Positions 30,891-43,820 of a DNA stretch of 64,000 bases are shown piece after piece; the first letter of the stretch is position 1, and each line of letters begins with the position of its first letter. The notes beneath the pieces are model-generated. The model was not told the origin of the DNA. It was given only the letters and a program-made list of their open reading frames with translations, and ran no database searches. Made by a program: the position numbers and the translations under genes. Source of the DNA: the human T2T-CHM13v2.0 reference genome, Homo sapiens; the NCBI RefSeq assembly GCF_009914755.1, contig NC_060942.1; one strand, written 5' to 3'.

Positions 30891-31058
30891 CAGGTGGTTC
30901 ACAAATTTTAGCATACATCAGAATCACCTTGAGGGCTTCGGTAAAACATAGATTTCTGGGTCCCACCCCAAGAATTTCTGACTCAGTAGGCCTAGGATGA
31001 GGGTGGGTGAAAAGCATATTTATTTCTAACTAGTTTAAAATGATGTTGATGCCGCTGT
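30891..31058. mobile_element. MER5A-like hAT-Charlie DNA transposon remnant
   Basis: gtggttcacaaatttt..catcagaatcacct..gggtcccacccc..tttctgactcagtagg..tttctaac. Confidence 0.75.
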
Positions 31059-33179
31059 TTAAATTTAAAATTTCCATTTAACCCTATCCTTTTCCCTAAA
31101 TAGTATGAGTTGGGGCTATAATGCTGTGTTAGAAAGGGCACTGTCCTGGGAATTGGGAGTTCCAGGTTGCAAGCCCAGCTATGTGACTAATTTGCTGAGT
31201 TATCCTTTGTCAGTTACTTCACTTCTTTAGTCCTCAGCCTCCTTCTGTATCCTAAATTTTGGGATTTTGTAAGATACCCATAGAATCACACCTGGCTGCA
31301 TGCAGCCATCTGTGTGGCTCACAGCACAAGGCTCACCTGCTGCCTGTCCTCTTCTGAGTGAGATCGCTTGCTTCTTGATCCACCCAAAAGGAAAGAATAA
31401 AGGAAGACACAGAACACCTTTTGTTCCTTTGAAATTTCCCTGGAGATGCTCCAGGGATGAGTCATTCCAGTGGACCAGTAAGTAAGTGAAAGGGACAACA
31501 AAGCCTCAGGTAGCCACACAGCTTCCCTCACTTCTGGGACTTCCCTCCATGGAGAGCCAAAGACAGCCAGGATTCAGAGAAGCCTAGCCAGACCTTAGGA
31601 GGAGCCATGTAGCTTCTCTTTTGTTAGCCTGAAAGATATAGAAAATTAAAAACTATCTACCTCAGTGCTTATTTGAGAGATAATAGCTAAATTAGAAGGT
31701 GCTGACACCGAGGGCTTTTTTTTTTCTTTTTTTTTTTCAAAAAAAAAGAAAAAAAAAAAGCTTCAGAGTAATCCTCGGGCATTTCCTTCAGGGTTAAGCC
31801 AGAAAGAGAAAGTTTAGCAAAATGAACCAAGGCTAAGGAAGGAAGTTCTGAGAACCTTGTCTGCCAACCCCAACTGGCCATTTACGAAGAGGACATTAGA
31901 TAAATGTAAAAAACAAAACAAAAGCTAAACAAAAAAATCCACTTGAGAGACATCTAAAAATACCTGTTTAATATTATATTAATAGGTACCTGGATAGAAG
32001 GGTCCCATATTAAAATAGGTTTAAGGAAATCTAAGAAAACCAGTTTTCTGCATCTCAGAACGTCTGTCAACCTTTAACATACCAGGCTAATTCTGAGCCC
32101 TCGAAGTCCTGGTGTTTGCTGTCTTTCCACTCAGCTTTGTTCAGTGTAAGATTTCATCCTCCTCCAAGAGTAAGGGTGGAGGGTGAGGGAGGGGGGCTTG
32201 GTGGAGGTGACAGTCACAGGAGTCACATCTCACTACAGAGGTCCCCAAGCCCTTACAGCTCATCACCTAGGTGGCGTCTCAGACCAATTACTAAACTAAT
32301 TACTGGTTAGAGAAAAAGTATGACAGCAATGGCCATTGTGTAATCCACTTTCACCTCCTGTGCTCAGAAGGGCCATCCCTTTCCCTCAACCCATGAGCAA
32401 TCCATGAACAAATGTGGGTCAAATAAAGATGAAGGGAATGGCTGGTAGGTAAGGGACTAGCAATGTCAGCACAGTTACAAAGTTCAAAATATAACTAAGT
32501 TATTGATTAGATCTTTACAATTGTGAAAACCCTTCCAGTTCTCTCTTGGGCCCAGGAGTTCAAAGGAAACAGTATAACTGCTACAGTGCTTTCTCCTCAC
32601 CCCATCCCATCACCCTCCAAAAAGCACTCTCTAGTGGCCAAAGTCTATCCTCTTTAGGGCAGTGAAAGAAGCAACAAATGCATGTGTCCCCTTGGAGGTA
32701 AACTAAGTTTTCTAGTCTGCAGAAACAAGCCCACAATATCACAGATTCTGTAGAAATACAGATAGTGTGACCCCGATAAATCGCATTCCCCACTTTGAGA
32801 GCAGTGCACCTGAATCACACCCTTATGTGTCCCTGGTTCTCTGACTGAGGAGTCACTCTTTGTATAGTTAATCCTGGGAAGATGGTTTTAGCAGTTTCCA
32901 GGTAACTTGGTTAAAATCAATTTGACCAAAAACAATTTAGTTAAAGGTAATTTGGTCACAAAAATCTCTCCAGAATGTTAACTAGTCAAAAATGAATATC
33001 CTGAGTTATGAATATTTCTAGTTTCTGTGATAATTATTAATGGAATGAGCGAATGTGGGCAAATTTACCCACAAAATCTGCCCGCAGAGACCAGTGGCTG
33101 CCCCTTGGTGAGTGGGATTGTGGGTGTTCCTATTGTATTCTTTTGCTGGCTTGCATTTTAATGATAAAACAGATAAGGT

Positions 33180-33354
33180 AGCCAGGCATGGTGGCACATG
33201 CCTTTAGTCCCAGCTACCCAGAAGGCTGAGGCAGGAGAATCACTTGAACCCAGGAGGCAGAGGTTGCGTGAGTTGAGATCACGCCACTACACTGGGCAAC
33301 AGAGCGAGACTCCATCTCAAAAACACAAATCAAAACAAAACAAAACAAAAAAAA
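33180..33354 (+). mobile_element. Alu right monomer only (5'-truncated), (CAAAA)n tail
   Basis: agccaggcatggtggc...actccatctcaaaa; TSD aaaacag(a/g)taaggt. Confidence 0.9.
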
Positions 33355-33800
33355 CAGGTAAGGTCATGATTTTCTACGTTGCTTCTGTAATAAGAAAAAG
33401 TAAAATGAAGGGATATGGAATGTTTCAGGCTTGAGGGTTTTGTTTTCCCTTCTTTAAAGTTTTTCTAATTCACGTTAAGCCAAAATGCCAGCTGTGCTTG
33501 TTTGGCAATTTTTCTATTTTTGTGCATAGGGTTGAGAGATATTTAGCTCGTTCCAGCTACTCCCTTATTGTTGGTGAACACAGAGCAAGAATAACTGGCT
33601 GAAAATAAGTCGGAAATTTTAAAAAACAAAGAGAAAGCAACAGAAAATTTGAAGTTGATTTTCTTAACGCTTTAAAATGCATTAGAAGAGAAAACAACAC
33701 TATGTTGCAACATAATTTCCAGTAATTAGGGCACCATTCAGTGGTAGGGTGTTCCCTGTGTAATTCCAGGGAGCATCATTGACACAGCTTAGGAGATGAA

Positions 33801-33832
33801 GGGCGCCCCCTGCAGTCATGTGCCATGGCAAC
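33801..33832. promoter_or_regulatory. CTCF motif directly followed by an RFX X-box-like motif
   Basis: GGGCGCCCCCTGCAGT (reverse ACTGCAGGGGGCGCCC), then GTGCCATGGCAAC. Confidence 0.55.
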
Positions 33833-34212
33833 CTAAACATAAACTTACCTAATAACACTACTATTTTGTCAGATTGTTCTTGGCCCAATTATAAGCTGTT
33901 TTAATGGGTTGGAACATTTGTTTATACTTCTGTCTTAGGGCTCCTGGATAGTTCTAAGGATCTTAAGGGATTCTAAATCCAATGCTGTAAGCCTGGTATG
34001 TCATGTGCTGTTCTAAAGCTTTGGGGAGGACTTTTTAAGTCTTTTTAAAAGACTAGTATTATGGAAAATACTGCATATTTATTGAGTTTCTATTACTGAA
34101 CTGGTTGTTTTGCCTCTACGCCTACCCATAGACTTTCTAACGCACTGACCTACTTTAAATTCTTCAGTATCTCCCTCAGCATCTTCTGGACACAACCTAA
34201 ACTCCTCAGTAC

Positions 34213-34695
34213 AATTCAGCCATAAAAAAGAATGAAATCCTGTCATTTGAGGCAACAGGGATGAGCCTGGAGGACATTATGTTAAGTAAAATAAGTCACG
34301 CACGGAAAGATAAATACTGCATGTTCTCACTCATATGTGGGAGCTAAAAAAAAAAAACTGAACTCATGGAAGTAGAATTGTGCTTATTAGAGGCTGGGAA
34401 GGGTAGGGGGCTGCAGGAGGTTGGGGGGATAGGGAGAGGTTAGCTAATGGCTACAAAATTACAACTATGTAGGAGGAATACGTTCGAGTGTTCTATAGCA
34501 CTGTAGGGTGACTATAGTTAACAAAATTTTATTGTATATTTTCAAAAAGCTGGAAGAGAAGATGTTGAATATTCCCAATACAAAGAAATGATAAATGTTT
34601 GAAATGAAGGTAACGCCCATTATCCTGATGTGATCATTACACATTGAACACATGTATCAAGCTATCACTCTGTAGCCCATAAATATGTACATTAA
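34213..34695 (+). mobile_element. L1MA-type 3' end
   Basis: attcagccataaaaaagaatgaaatcctgtcattt...gcatgttctcactcatatgtgggagct...ccataaatatgtac. Confidence 0.9.
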
Positions 34696-35828
34696 TTTTT
34701 TTACTCAGATAGAATCTCTACAGTCTCATGGTTAATAAACTATTTGAAACAGCGGAAACCCTTTATAAATGGAGTATTTAATGAAAATGAGAGTCAATTC
34801 ATGTTCTCAAAACCATAATCCGATAAAAGCCTCTGATATGCTTAACATCTGACTTTGGTGTAAAAACAATGTTCCCAGATTATATTTTGACCTTGAAAAA
34901 TTAAACCTAAAGTGAATAGAGGTGGCACATTCACAGCAGTTTATCCCAGCAGCTGTGCTGGCCTGGTGACAAGCTAGTTAGCATGGTGACAAACTATATA
35001 ATAGCAAACCCTTTCATTCTAATAGTGATTTGCACAGAGGAATTATAAAACACCTTGGGAAATTATGCCATTAATATTCATTAAATGCACATAGTGGCAG
35101 AAATTGAAGAACAGTGGTTCAGTGAAGCCATAGGCCCTTCAGAGAAAGATCCAGGACCCTGACTTTACCTCATTGATCATCCACAAGACCAGGCTTCCTC
35201 TTCACTACACGAGTCAGAAAACCCTTCCCTGTAAATCAAGTGCCTTCCACCCAGAAAACTGTAATTCATAGAAAGTTTTCTTCTTCTGTAGGAAGTTAAT
35301 CAAGTGTTTGTCATTACATCTTTATCCTCACCGTGTCTTTGATTTTCAAATATCTTACACCAAAATCCGAAAGTTTTAGTGATAATATAAATTGGTAAAT
35401 TTCTAGCTAGATAAATGAATATACGCACACCCCAACTTTATAGTAAAACTCTCATTGTGTTTCAAATGAAGTCAGCGTCTCTCTCATATATACAAAAATT
35501 TCTCTTGTTGAGCTACATGAGAGTTAATAGTTGACCTCAAAACAAAAATGTAGTGTCTTATTAAAGACATTTAATAAGTGTCTCTCTCATTAAAATGTTA
35601 ACTTTACCCAAATTACTTGTGATTGCTATGTGCCAGAATCATCTACAAAAAGAAACCAGAGAAAACATTATGCCAGGAATATTTCAGCATAAAAATTAGC
35701 TTTTATATTATTCTTTCATAAAAAATGTTTATTTTGCTACTTTTTTGTCATTTGTAGCAGATATATTGAACAAAAACAGTGGAGAATGTTCATGTGATGA
35801 ATAATATCTTTCCTTTTCCTTTCATCAG

Positions 35829-35983
35829 ATATTTTCTCAATGATTTCTGACTCCAGTGGGGTGATGGTTTATGGACGATATGACCAATTCCTTCGGGAAG
35901 TTCTCAAACTACCCACGGCAGTTTTTGAAGGTCCTTCATTTGGTTACACAGAACAGTCAGCCAGATCCTGTTTCTCCCAACAG
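35829..35983 (+). CDS. DTNA: DTNA coding exon, 155 nt ([52 protein letters not shown])
   Basis: Acceptor ttcatcag|AT, donor CAG|gtagga; frame continuous with both neighbours. Confidence 0.97.
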
Positions 35984-36256
35984 GTAGGAGAAAAATATGT
36001 TTAAGGAAGTATCTCTTTCAAACAGTGGTTGCTCTCCTTCTAGATGTCATTCCAGGTCACAGATACTCAGACAAATTATTCTGTGTGATAGCAACCTGTA
36101 TTGTATTTTTCAGCCTCTGGCAAATGACCTCTGAGCCAGTAACTAAACCCAGCACATCTGGATCACAATAATAGACAGTGTTTACTGACCATGAGGCAGG
36201 CACTGTGCTAAATTTTTTCCTTTCATTGTCTAATTTAATCCCTACAACAACCCTTC

Positions 36257-36615
36257 TGTGTTAGTCTCTTTTCACACTGCTATAAAGACATACCCGAGAC
36301 TGGGTAATTTATAAAGAAAAGAGGTTTAACAGACTCACAGTTCCGCCTCAGGAAACTTACAATCCTGGTGGAAGGTGAAGGGAAGCAAAGACCTACCTTC
36401 TTCACATGGCGACAGGAAAGAGAAAGAATGAAAAGCCCAGGGGAATCTGCCATTTATAACACCATCGGATCTCCTGAGAACTCCCTCACTATCATGAAAA
36501 CAGCATGGGGGAACCACCCCATGATCCAATCACCTCCCACCAGGTCTCTCCCTCAACACCTGGGAATTACAGTTCAAGATGGGATTGGGTGGGGACACAA
36601 AGCCTTACCATATCA
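36257..36615 (-). mobile_element. THE1-family MaLR solo LTR inserted in a MIR
   Basis: tgtgttagtc..ctgctataaagacatacccgagactggg...gggtggggacacaaagccttaccatatca; TSD ccttc/cctac; MIR-like sequence on the left flank. Confidence 0.92.
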
Positions 36616-37063
36616 CCTACACCCTCAGTGTCATTATTTTTACTATCACTGCACTTTCAAAAGGGCTTAATTGTCTCACTCAGCCTCATGTGAAATATAT
36701 GCTTGACCCGGCAACAAGCTTTAACATTGGTTTAGCAAAGGATACCAGAAAGGAATCCCAACATCTGCCACATCATGACCTGAGAGGCCCAAAATATGGT
36801 AAACACAGCTGCCTGAATCTTCTACAGCATGACACATTTGGGGTTCCAAGTGATGTGTTTTAACTGGGTATGGCTCAAGCTACCCTGGGAAGCTGCATAG
36901 TTTAGGGGGCTATCTATGTGTGTACCTCTCTGGTCATGTAGAGAGACTCCAGGCCCATTCTCCAGCGTAGCCCAGTGGTAGCATAGAAATCCATACATTA
37001 AAGGTTAGTTTACCATTTTTTGAGAATCCAAACTAACTTTTTTGTCCTCTAAAAATGCCTCTT

Positions 37064-37328
37064 GACTGGGTGTGGTGGCTCACTCCTATAATCCCAGGAC
37101 TTTGGGAGGCCGAGGCTCAGGAGCTCAGGAGTTCAAAACCAGTGTGAGCAACATAGGGAAACCCCATTTCTACGAAAAATTTTTAAAACATAGCCAGGCA
37201 TGGTGGTACATGCTTGTAGTCCTAGCTTCTCAGGAGGCTGAGGCAGGAGGATAGCTTAAGCCCGGATGGCGCCACTGCATTCCAGCCTGGGCGACAGAGC
37301 AAGGCCCTGTCTCAAAAAAAAAAAAAAA
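37064..37328 (+). mobile_element. AluJ with two internal deletions
   Basis: gactgggtgtggtggctcac...gcccgg|atggcgccactgc...poly-A. Confidence 0.9.
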
Positions 37329-37442
37329 GGTATATCCCTGCCCCATAAAATGCATACAACAAATGCTCACTACACAGCTTTATGGATTAAGAGTCAGGAA
37401 GTCTTTTCTTTTTACTGAAATTAACTTTTAAAAGTGTCAATA

Positions 37443-37732
37443 GGCCGGGTGAGGTGGCTCACTCCTGTAAGCCCAGCACTTTGGGAGGCCAAGGCGGGCG
37501 GATCACAAGGTCAGGAGTTTGAGACCAGCCTGTCCAATATGTTGAAACCCCGTCTCTACTAAAAATACAAAAATTAGCCGGGCATGGTGGCAGGCACCTG
37601 TAGTCCCAGCTAGAAGCAGGAGAATTGCTTGAACCCGTGAGGCAGAGGTTGCAGTGAGCCAAGATTGTGCCACTGCACTCCAGCCTGGGAGACAAAGCAA
37701 GACTCCATCTCAAAAAAAAAAAAAAAAAAAAA
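37443..37732 (+). mobile_element. AluS
   Basis: ggccgggtgaggtggctcac...ctccatctc plus poly-A; TSD-like gtcaat. Confidence 0.95.
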
Positions 37733-38277
37733 GTCAATCACTTCAAAACACAAATCTATTTTTTCATTCAATTTTACTGCTTTCCAACTTTTCTCATGGC
37801 ATGCTAAATGTATGGCTCCTTTTATTTTTACAGTGCTTTATGCCTCACAAAGTGAATTATCTGATTTATGGCTTGCAACAACCCTGTGACCTAACAAGGA
37901 AAATATGATTCTTTTTTAACAATATAAAGTTCATAGCTAGTGAGGGCAGGGGGCTGAGTTTTTAACTCTGGTCTTCTAATTCCATCTGTTAATGTTATTC
38001 TTGTGTTCTTGTTGTTGTTGCTTTTGTTTTGTGCACTTTCAGTTCATATTTACAAATATGCAGATGATCTGACTCAAGGAAATGTAACTACCTGTTGTAT
38101 TACTTCACCCAGTCATGGAAACAAGAATAATTTCATTTATAACTGAATTCTTGAATTTTAGTTAGTGTATTATAGAATAATTGGTAAATGTGCTAATGCC
38201 TCAGAATATATGTCTCATTCAAAATCAGCTAGAATAATAGGACTGGGTTTTAAAAAAAAAATCTTAAAAGGACCTAT

Positions 38278-38586
38278 GCTGGTGTGATGGCTCACACAGT
38301 AATCCTAGCACTGAGAGGCTGAGGCAGGAGGAGAGCTTGAGTCCAGCAGTTCAAGACCAGCCTGGACAACATAGTAAGATCTCATCTCTGAAAAAAAAAA
38401 AAAATTAAACAATTAGCCAGGTGTGGTGGCACACACTTATAGTCCCAGCTACTTGGGAGGCTGAGATGAGAGGATCCCTTTAGCCCAGGTGTTCAAGGTT
38501 GCAGTGAGCTATAATTGTGCCACTGCACTCCAGCCTGGGCAGCAGAGTGAGATCCTGTCTCTAAAAGAAAAAAAAAAGAGAAAAAA
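38278..38586 (+). mobile_element. AluJ
   Basis: Dimeric Alu; TSD aaaaggacctatg. Confidence 0.92.
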
Positions 38587-38861
38587 GGACCTATGTGTTC
38601 AAGAATTATATGTGATGTTGACATGTTCAAAATTCCTTTTGAAATATCCTATAGACTGTTCTGTTATATGATTTATATATATCCTTAATGATAAGCAACT
38701 TATACATGTTGAAATCATAATAGCATTGTTGGAAACTTCCAGGAGTGCTTTTTAGCAAGTATGACAAATAGTCAAAATGAATAAGATCATTTCAAATATG
38801 AAAAGAGGTAACACAAAAATAATAAGACCAGTTTATTTTTGTACTTAATGAATTGGCTATT

Positions 38862-39005
38862 AACAGCTACTCAAGAGTCTGAGGTAGGTAGGAGGAGGTA
38901 GGAAGACAGCTTGAGACCAGGAGTTAGAGTCCAGCCTGGGCAACATAATGAGACCCCATCTTTCAAGCAAATAAATAAAATATTTTAAAAAATAAATAAA
39001 TAAAA
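38862..39005 (+). mobile_element. Alu monomer (FLAM/FAM-like) with a (TAAA)n tail
   Basis: cagctactcaagagtctgagg...ccagcctgggcaacataatgagacccc. Confidence 0.75.
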
Positions 39006-39778
39006 TTATCCCATCCCCTTTGATATTCTAGTTCAAAATTTCAAGTAGTGATTTTTGCATATAAATATGTATTTTTTTATTTATACCATTACAGTACATG
39101 TATTAATATAGCTTTCTTACTTTTATCATTTTGAAAGAAACTTATAGATACAATGCATTCCTTTTGTACATCCAAAAGGACCTGGATAGTGAGAAAGAAG
39201 CAGACTGAATTGAGAGGAATTATATATAAAGTAATAAAAGGAGCAAATTTTTAAAAATGTAGATGGTTCTGTCCTAACAGGATTCCCTCCTGCTCTTGTA
39301 TAACAGAACCATTCACATTAACCACTAAATATTTAGTACTTAAGGAAGTTGAGGAAGCTCAGAAGGGAAGTTGTTCTATAAATTTAGAAGACTGACTGAC
39401 AGGAAAATTGTAGAGTGAGCTATGATGCGTTCTTGAGTAAAATTCCATGGAGAATTTCCATTCTTTATTTTGCTTCATTATTTTTATACTGTCTTTCATA
39501 TATACAAATGATGCTCTTGGAATTGTTTTTCTCCTGGTGATACTATTGACTCAGCCTCAGTGGAGAGAATTCAGTCCTATGTCTGCTTAGGTATAAAAAG
39601 CAAACGATGTTTTCAGTTCTAAACTAGTTTAATAACACATTTGGCAAGTTCTGTTTCTTCAGATATTAGACATTTATTGAGTGCTCTTTTGTTTCAGTCT
39701 CAAATGATATGATATTTACATAGCAGGTAAATTGAGATGATTCTCTGTCCTAAATTTATGGGGGGTTTTTTTATGCAG

Positions 39779-39884
39779 AAAAAAGTCACGTTAAATGGTT
39801 TCTTGGACACGCTTATGTCAGATCCTCCCCCGCAGTGTCTGGTCTGGTTGCCTCTTCTGCATCGACTAGCAAATGTGGAAAATG
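39779..39884 (+). CDS. DTNA: DTNA coding exon, 106 nt ([35 protein letters not shown])
   Basis: Acceptor atgcag|AAA, donor G|gtgagt; dystrophin-family WLPLLHRLA motif. Confidence 0.97.
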
Positions 39885-42033
39885 GTGAGTAGTTACTAAG
39901 GAGCAAAGGTGATTTTTTAAATTATTGAAATTAGGCCATTAGTTCTACAGTTAGTAAGCCCAGGCTGTTGTTTTAGGGAAGCCTATTTAGTGGCTCTTAG
40001 TTTTGTTTAGGGTAGAACTAACCCATCTCCCTGTTCGGGAAGGCCTTAAAGGACCACTGAAAAATTAGGACTGTCAGTTCCAAAAATAAATCTCATGGTC
40101 TTCTTCTCAATTACAAGTCAGGTGTGGTTAAAAGACTTGGCACGATAGAAGGCGAACTTCAACAAGGAGTGTGACATTATTTTGTATTTGTTTTAGATCC
40201 GAATTTCTCATATTTGCATACACGGTACTGATTATTTCTTCCCAGGCACTCAGCCAGAAATAGGTGGGAGAAATGAGAAAAAAAAATAGATGATAGCACC
40301 CTGTTAATCTTTAGTCATATGTTCCAGATTGTGAGCTTTCAATAGTTGTACTTACGTTAAAGATAAGAGTAAAATAACTTTCGTATCATGTCTTTTTTTA
40401 AAGCAAGTATTTCTAGGATAAAAGGAACTACTGTTGGCATATCCAGATTTAAATATGAAATACCATTTGGGGCAAAATTTACAGAAAATTAAACATGGAG
40501 CAGTTCAGTGCCTCCATCTAATCTTTAGGTGTTCCTACTTATTGTTCAATGTAACTCTGAAATTTCTCCAGACTTGACGAGGAAATAATTTAGTCTCTAT
40601 CTCTTACTGAGATTTAACTTAAGTCTCTATATATTACTCAACTTCTGTGTATTTCTTTAATATACATTGCAGCTAAAGTTAGCTTAATTTTAAATTATCA
40701 TTCAGAATTTTTAGCATCTGCCCTTATTTATCTGTTAGTTAGAAGTTATGAATTTATCCTGTTTTTCTCATGGAGAAAATTTAAAGAATGAATTTATTTT
40801 ATTTTTTTGCAATCACTAACAATCATAGTTTTTTTATGTTTATCCATATGCAGAAGCGAAGAGCAATCAAGGTCCATGTTATTATGCAAAATGAGTTCAC
40901 GTTACTGTTTACAGTTCTAGAACTAGTCATTTTCCAATCATAAAGCTATAATTTCTTTCGTTCTCTCTCAGCATTTCCTGCTGCAGGAGATCAGTTTCTT
41001 AGGCACCATCCCAGAACAGTTGTCCCTAGATTGAAGTCCCACTCTAGTCTTTCTCAAGAGCCGGGAAGAAAGGTTATGACACTTGTTTAGAAGACAATGC
41101 GTCCAGAGCTAGTTATGTCTTTGTTTTTACACTTTGCTTTTTATCTTCATTTATTATTATTTTCATTGTTTTTCCTGACTGGTTAGGCCGGAGAATAGCT
41201 TTACCAAAGGCAAGAATTGTTATTGTTGTTTTAGTATCTAGCTCATAGCATGTAGACAATTACTTGGATTTGATCACTTAAATCTAATATTTTACTTTGC
41301 TTCAAATCTAGTATTTTGCTTTGCCTGCTTTATAATTCAAATTTCCTACCAAAGAAAGTTAACCGTCTCTTGAGGCATTTGAATTATTTAGAACTGTTTT
41401 CAGATAATTTGCACATCTTTTTTAGGGCCCTATACACCTGCCTCAGGAAAGAAAAAAAAATCTGTTTGTCAGATGTAGGCAACACCACTCGTTAAGTAAG
41501 CCATTAGTCACTCTATTTTTTAAAAAATAACTTAATTATCTCATCCACACCAGTTTTCCATTCTCTGCCCATCTTCCTTTCTTTTTTCTTCCTCTCATTC
41601 TCCGTGTCTCTGATATTCGCTCTCTTCCCACTGGACAATCAGCATTCACCCCTTGTGCTTCTGAGTCTTCCAGTGAGCTGTGCTGGTCTCCTGGAGACAG
41701 AGAGCAGTTTGGGGTAAAGGCAAGTCTGTTTGGCTAATTTAAATTCTTGTAATGTGAGAGATGGGAATAGAAAGAGCAAATGGCATTACAGAGATTTTTG
41801 TTGTTAAAAGGACACCTCTTCTCCATCCCATTTCATTTCATTTCCCCACAGGCATGATTGAAAAGGGTTGTAAGATTCCAGGAATGAACTAAATGTTTCT
41901 CTGAGCCCAAATCAACTATCATCTGAAATCGTGGTGCAGAGAAGAAAGGTGCAATTCCTGTAAGGCTGTATTTTTCCTTCTTCTGGTTCATACTTTTGTT
42001 TTCTTGGTTTTTCTTCACTTACTTCCCCCTTAG

Positions 42034-42200
42034 TCTTCCATCCGGTTGAGTGTTCCTACTGCCACAGTGAGAGTATGATGGGATTTCGCTACCGATGCCA
42101 ACAGTGTCACAATTACCAGCTCTGTCAGGACTGCTTCTGGAGGGGACATGCCGGTGGTTCTCATAGCAACCAGCACCAAATGAAAGAGTACACGTCATGG
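42034..42200 (+). CDS. DTNA: DTNA coding exon, 167 nt, ZZ-type zinc finger ([55 protein letters not shown])
   Basis: Acceptor ccttag|TC, donor TGG|gtaagg; three CxxC pairs followed by His residues, the ZZ pattern. Confidence 0.98.
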
Positions 42201-43820
42201 GTAAGGCAAGGTCCAGGCAATACTTGGAGTTGGATGTGTGAGTGTTGCCCAGAGTTAAAGGGAATATCAAGGATGGTGGCAGAATTAAAGGGCAAACTTA
42301 CCTTCCATCCCAGGTCTAGTATTCAGTCCCCCTTCCTCCCACTCTCCACCCTACTGCGTGCTCTTACTTATTCTGTTGGAACCCAGTGTAGCTTCCTGAG
42401 ATTTAAAATATAGGAAGACTCAAAACTATGTTACTTCTTGGAATATAGATAATTCAGTACTGATTTAAATAACAACTGAATAGCAAGGACCTTCTGGAAC
42501 ATAATCTTACATTCACAGTAAGTTAAAATCTTTTCCAAGTTTTGTTTTGTGGAAACGGCTTAAAAATTATTGTTAGTTTTATTTTTCTTAGATTCTGGAG
42601 TTCTTTTAAGTGCGTGACTAGAATATTAAAGAAACAAGTATGAGAGGAGAGTGTGGACTTAATAATACTGTTCCATTTTACTTTTCTGCAGAGGGTGGGG
42701 AGGGGAGATTGTGGTTATATTAGCAAACCATCTTTTCATGAAGAGTGTGAGTGACCAACCTGGCAAAGGTGGCATGTGAGTGTCTGTGTGATAGATGTAT
42801 TCTCAGGAGCATGTGGTACCAGGTCTGTGGGAGGAAATGTGACTCCATGTGCTCACTGTTCAAATGGATTATGATTTACTGATGTTTATCTTCGTTAAAC
42901 TCAAAGATCAGTTCCAGCAATGTTGCCCTCGTGCATCTCTTCAAGGATTGGTTTTTGTAAGGTGTACAGATTGGTTCTTGTGGGATATACCATCAGCCCT
43001 TCCAGCACCTCTTGGAATAGTTCCGTCACAAGAAAATCCAACCTATTTATGAGTTTTTCTATATTTTAATATATTTCAATTCAACCTTTAGTCTTTACTT
43101 AAAGAAGTCTTCAGAATATACATCTTAAATCAAAATGTTCTTCCTAGGAATTATTATTGGGAACCAATATTCAGTGTAAATATACTAGTACTTCATCACC
43201 GGTCAGATTCTGAATTCAAGCAACAGTTCTTCACTAAGGAAGAGTATACTGAGAACTTGCCAATTCCAATGCAACTCCTCACTGTTGTTTATGTCATGCT
43301 GAGGACAGATAGATACATTAACACGGATCATGAACTACAACTTAGTTTAGAAGAAAGGAGCTAAAACTTTCTATTTTCTTATTGTTAGCATATTACCAGT
43401 TTTCAAACTTCTACCCCATATCCTAAAAGATTTGATGTTTGAAAACTAATCAGATTTAGTTGTTTTACATAAATGCTAAATCTACATAAGGAGCCTCTTT
43501 CTTAGGGGTTGTAGACCTAACATTATATTCCAGGGCACTATCTGTACAAAGAAGGATCAGACTCCTTGAGAGGACAGAAGGCCCTGTGGTTTGTGGGGCA
43601 AAGAGCTGCTGTTGCTGCTGTCTTAACTGTTCTAAGAATTACATCTCCTAACAAAAGCCAGAGGGATTTCTTGAGCAATGCTCTTATTACTTAGCTTTTA
43701 AAAAATGAGGACAATAGTCACTTCATTATATTACCAATTATGGACTCTAGGTATAAAAGAAAGTGACAAAATTTGAAATGGTTTCTTATGGAAAGGAAAA
43801 ACATGGTTAAGGTTTTATTA

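Noticed and set aside
34395-34440. G-quadruplex-like G-runs
   Set aside because: This is the normal G-rich tract of an L1 3'UTR.
42075-42413. 112-aa ORF as an independent zinc-finger gene
   Set aside because: The first part is the DTNA ZZ exon and the rest is intron read-through past the donor at 42200.
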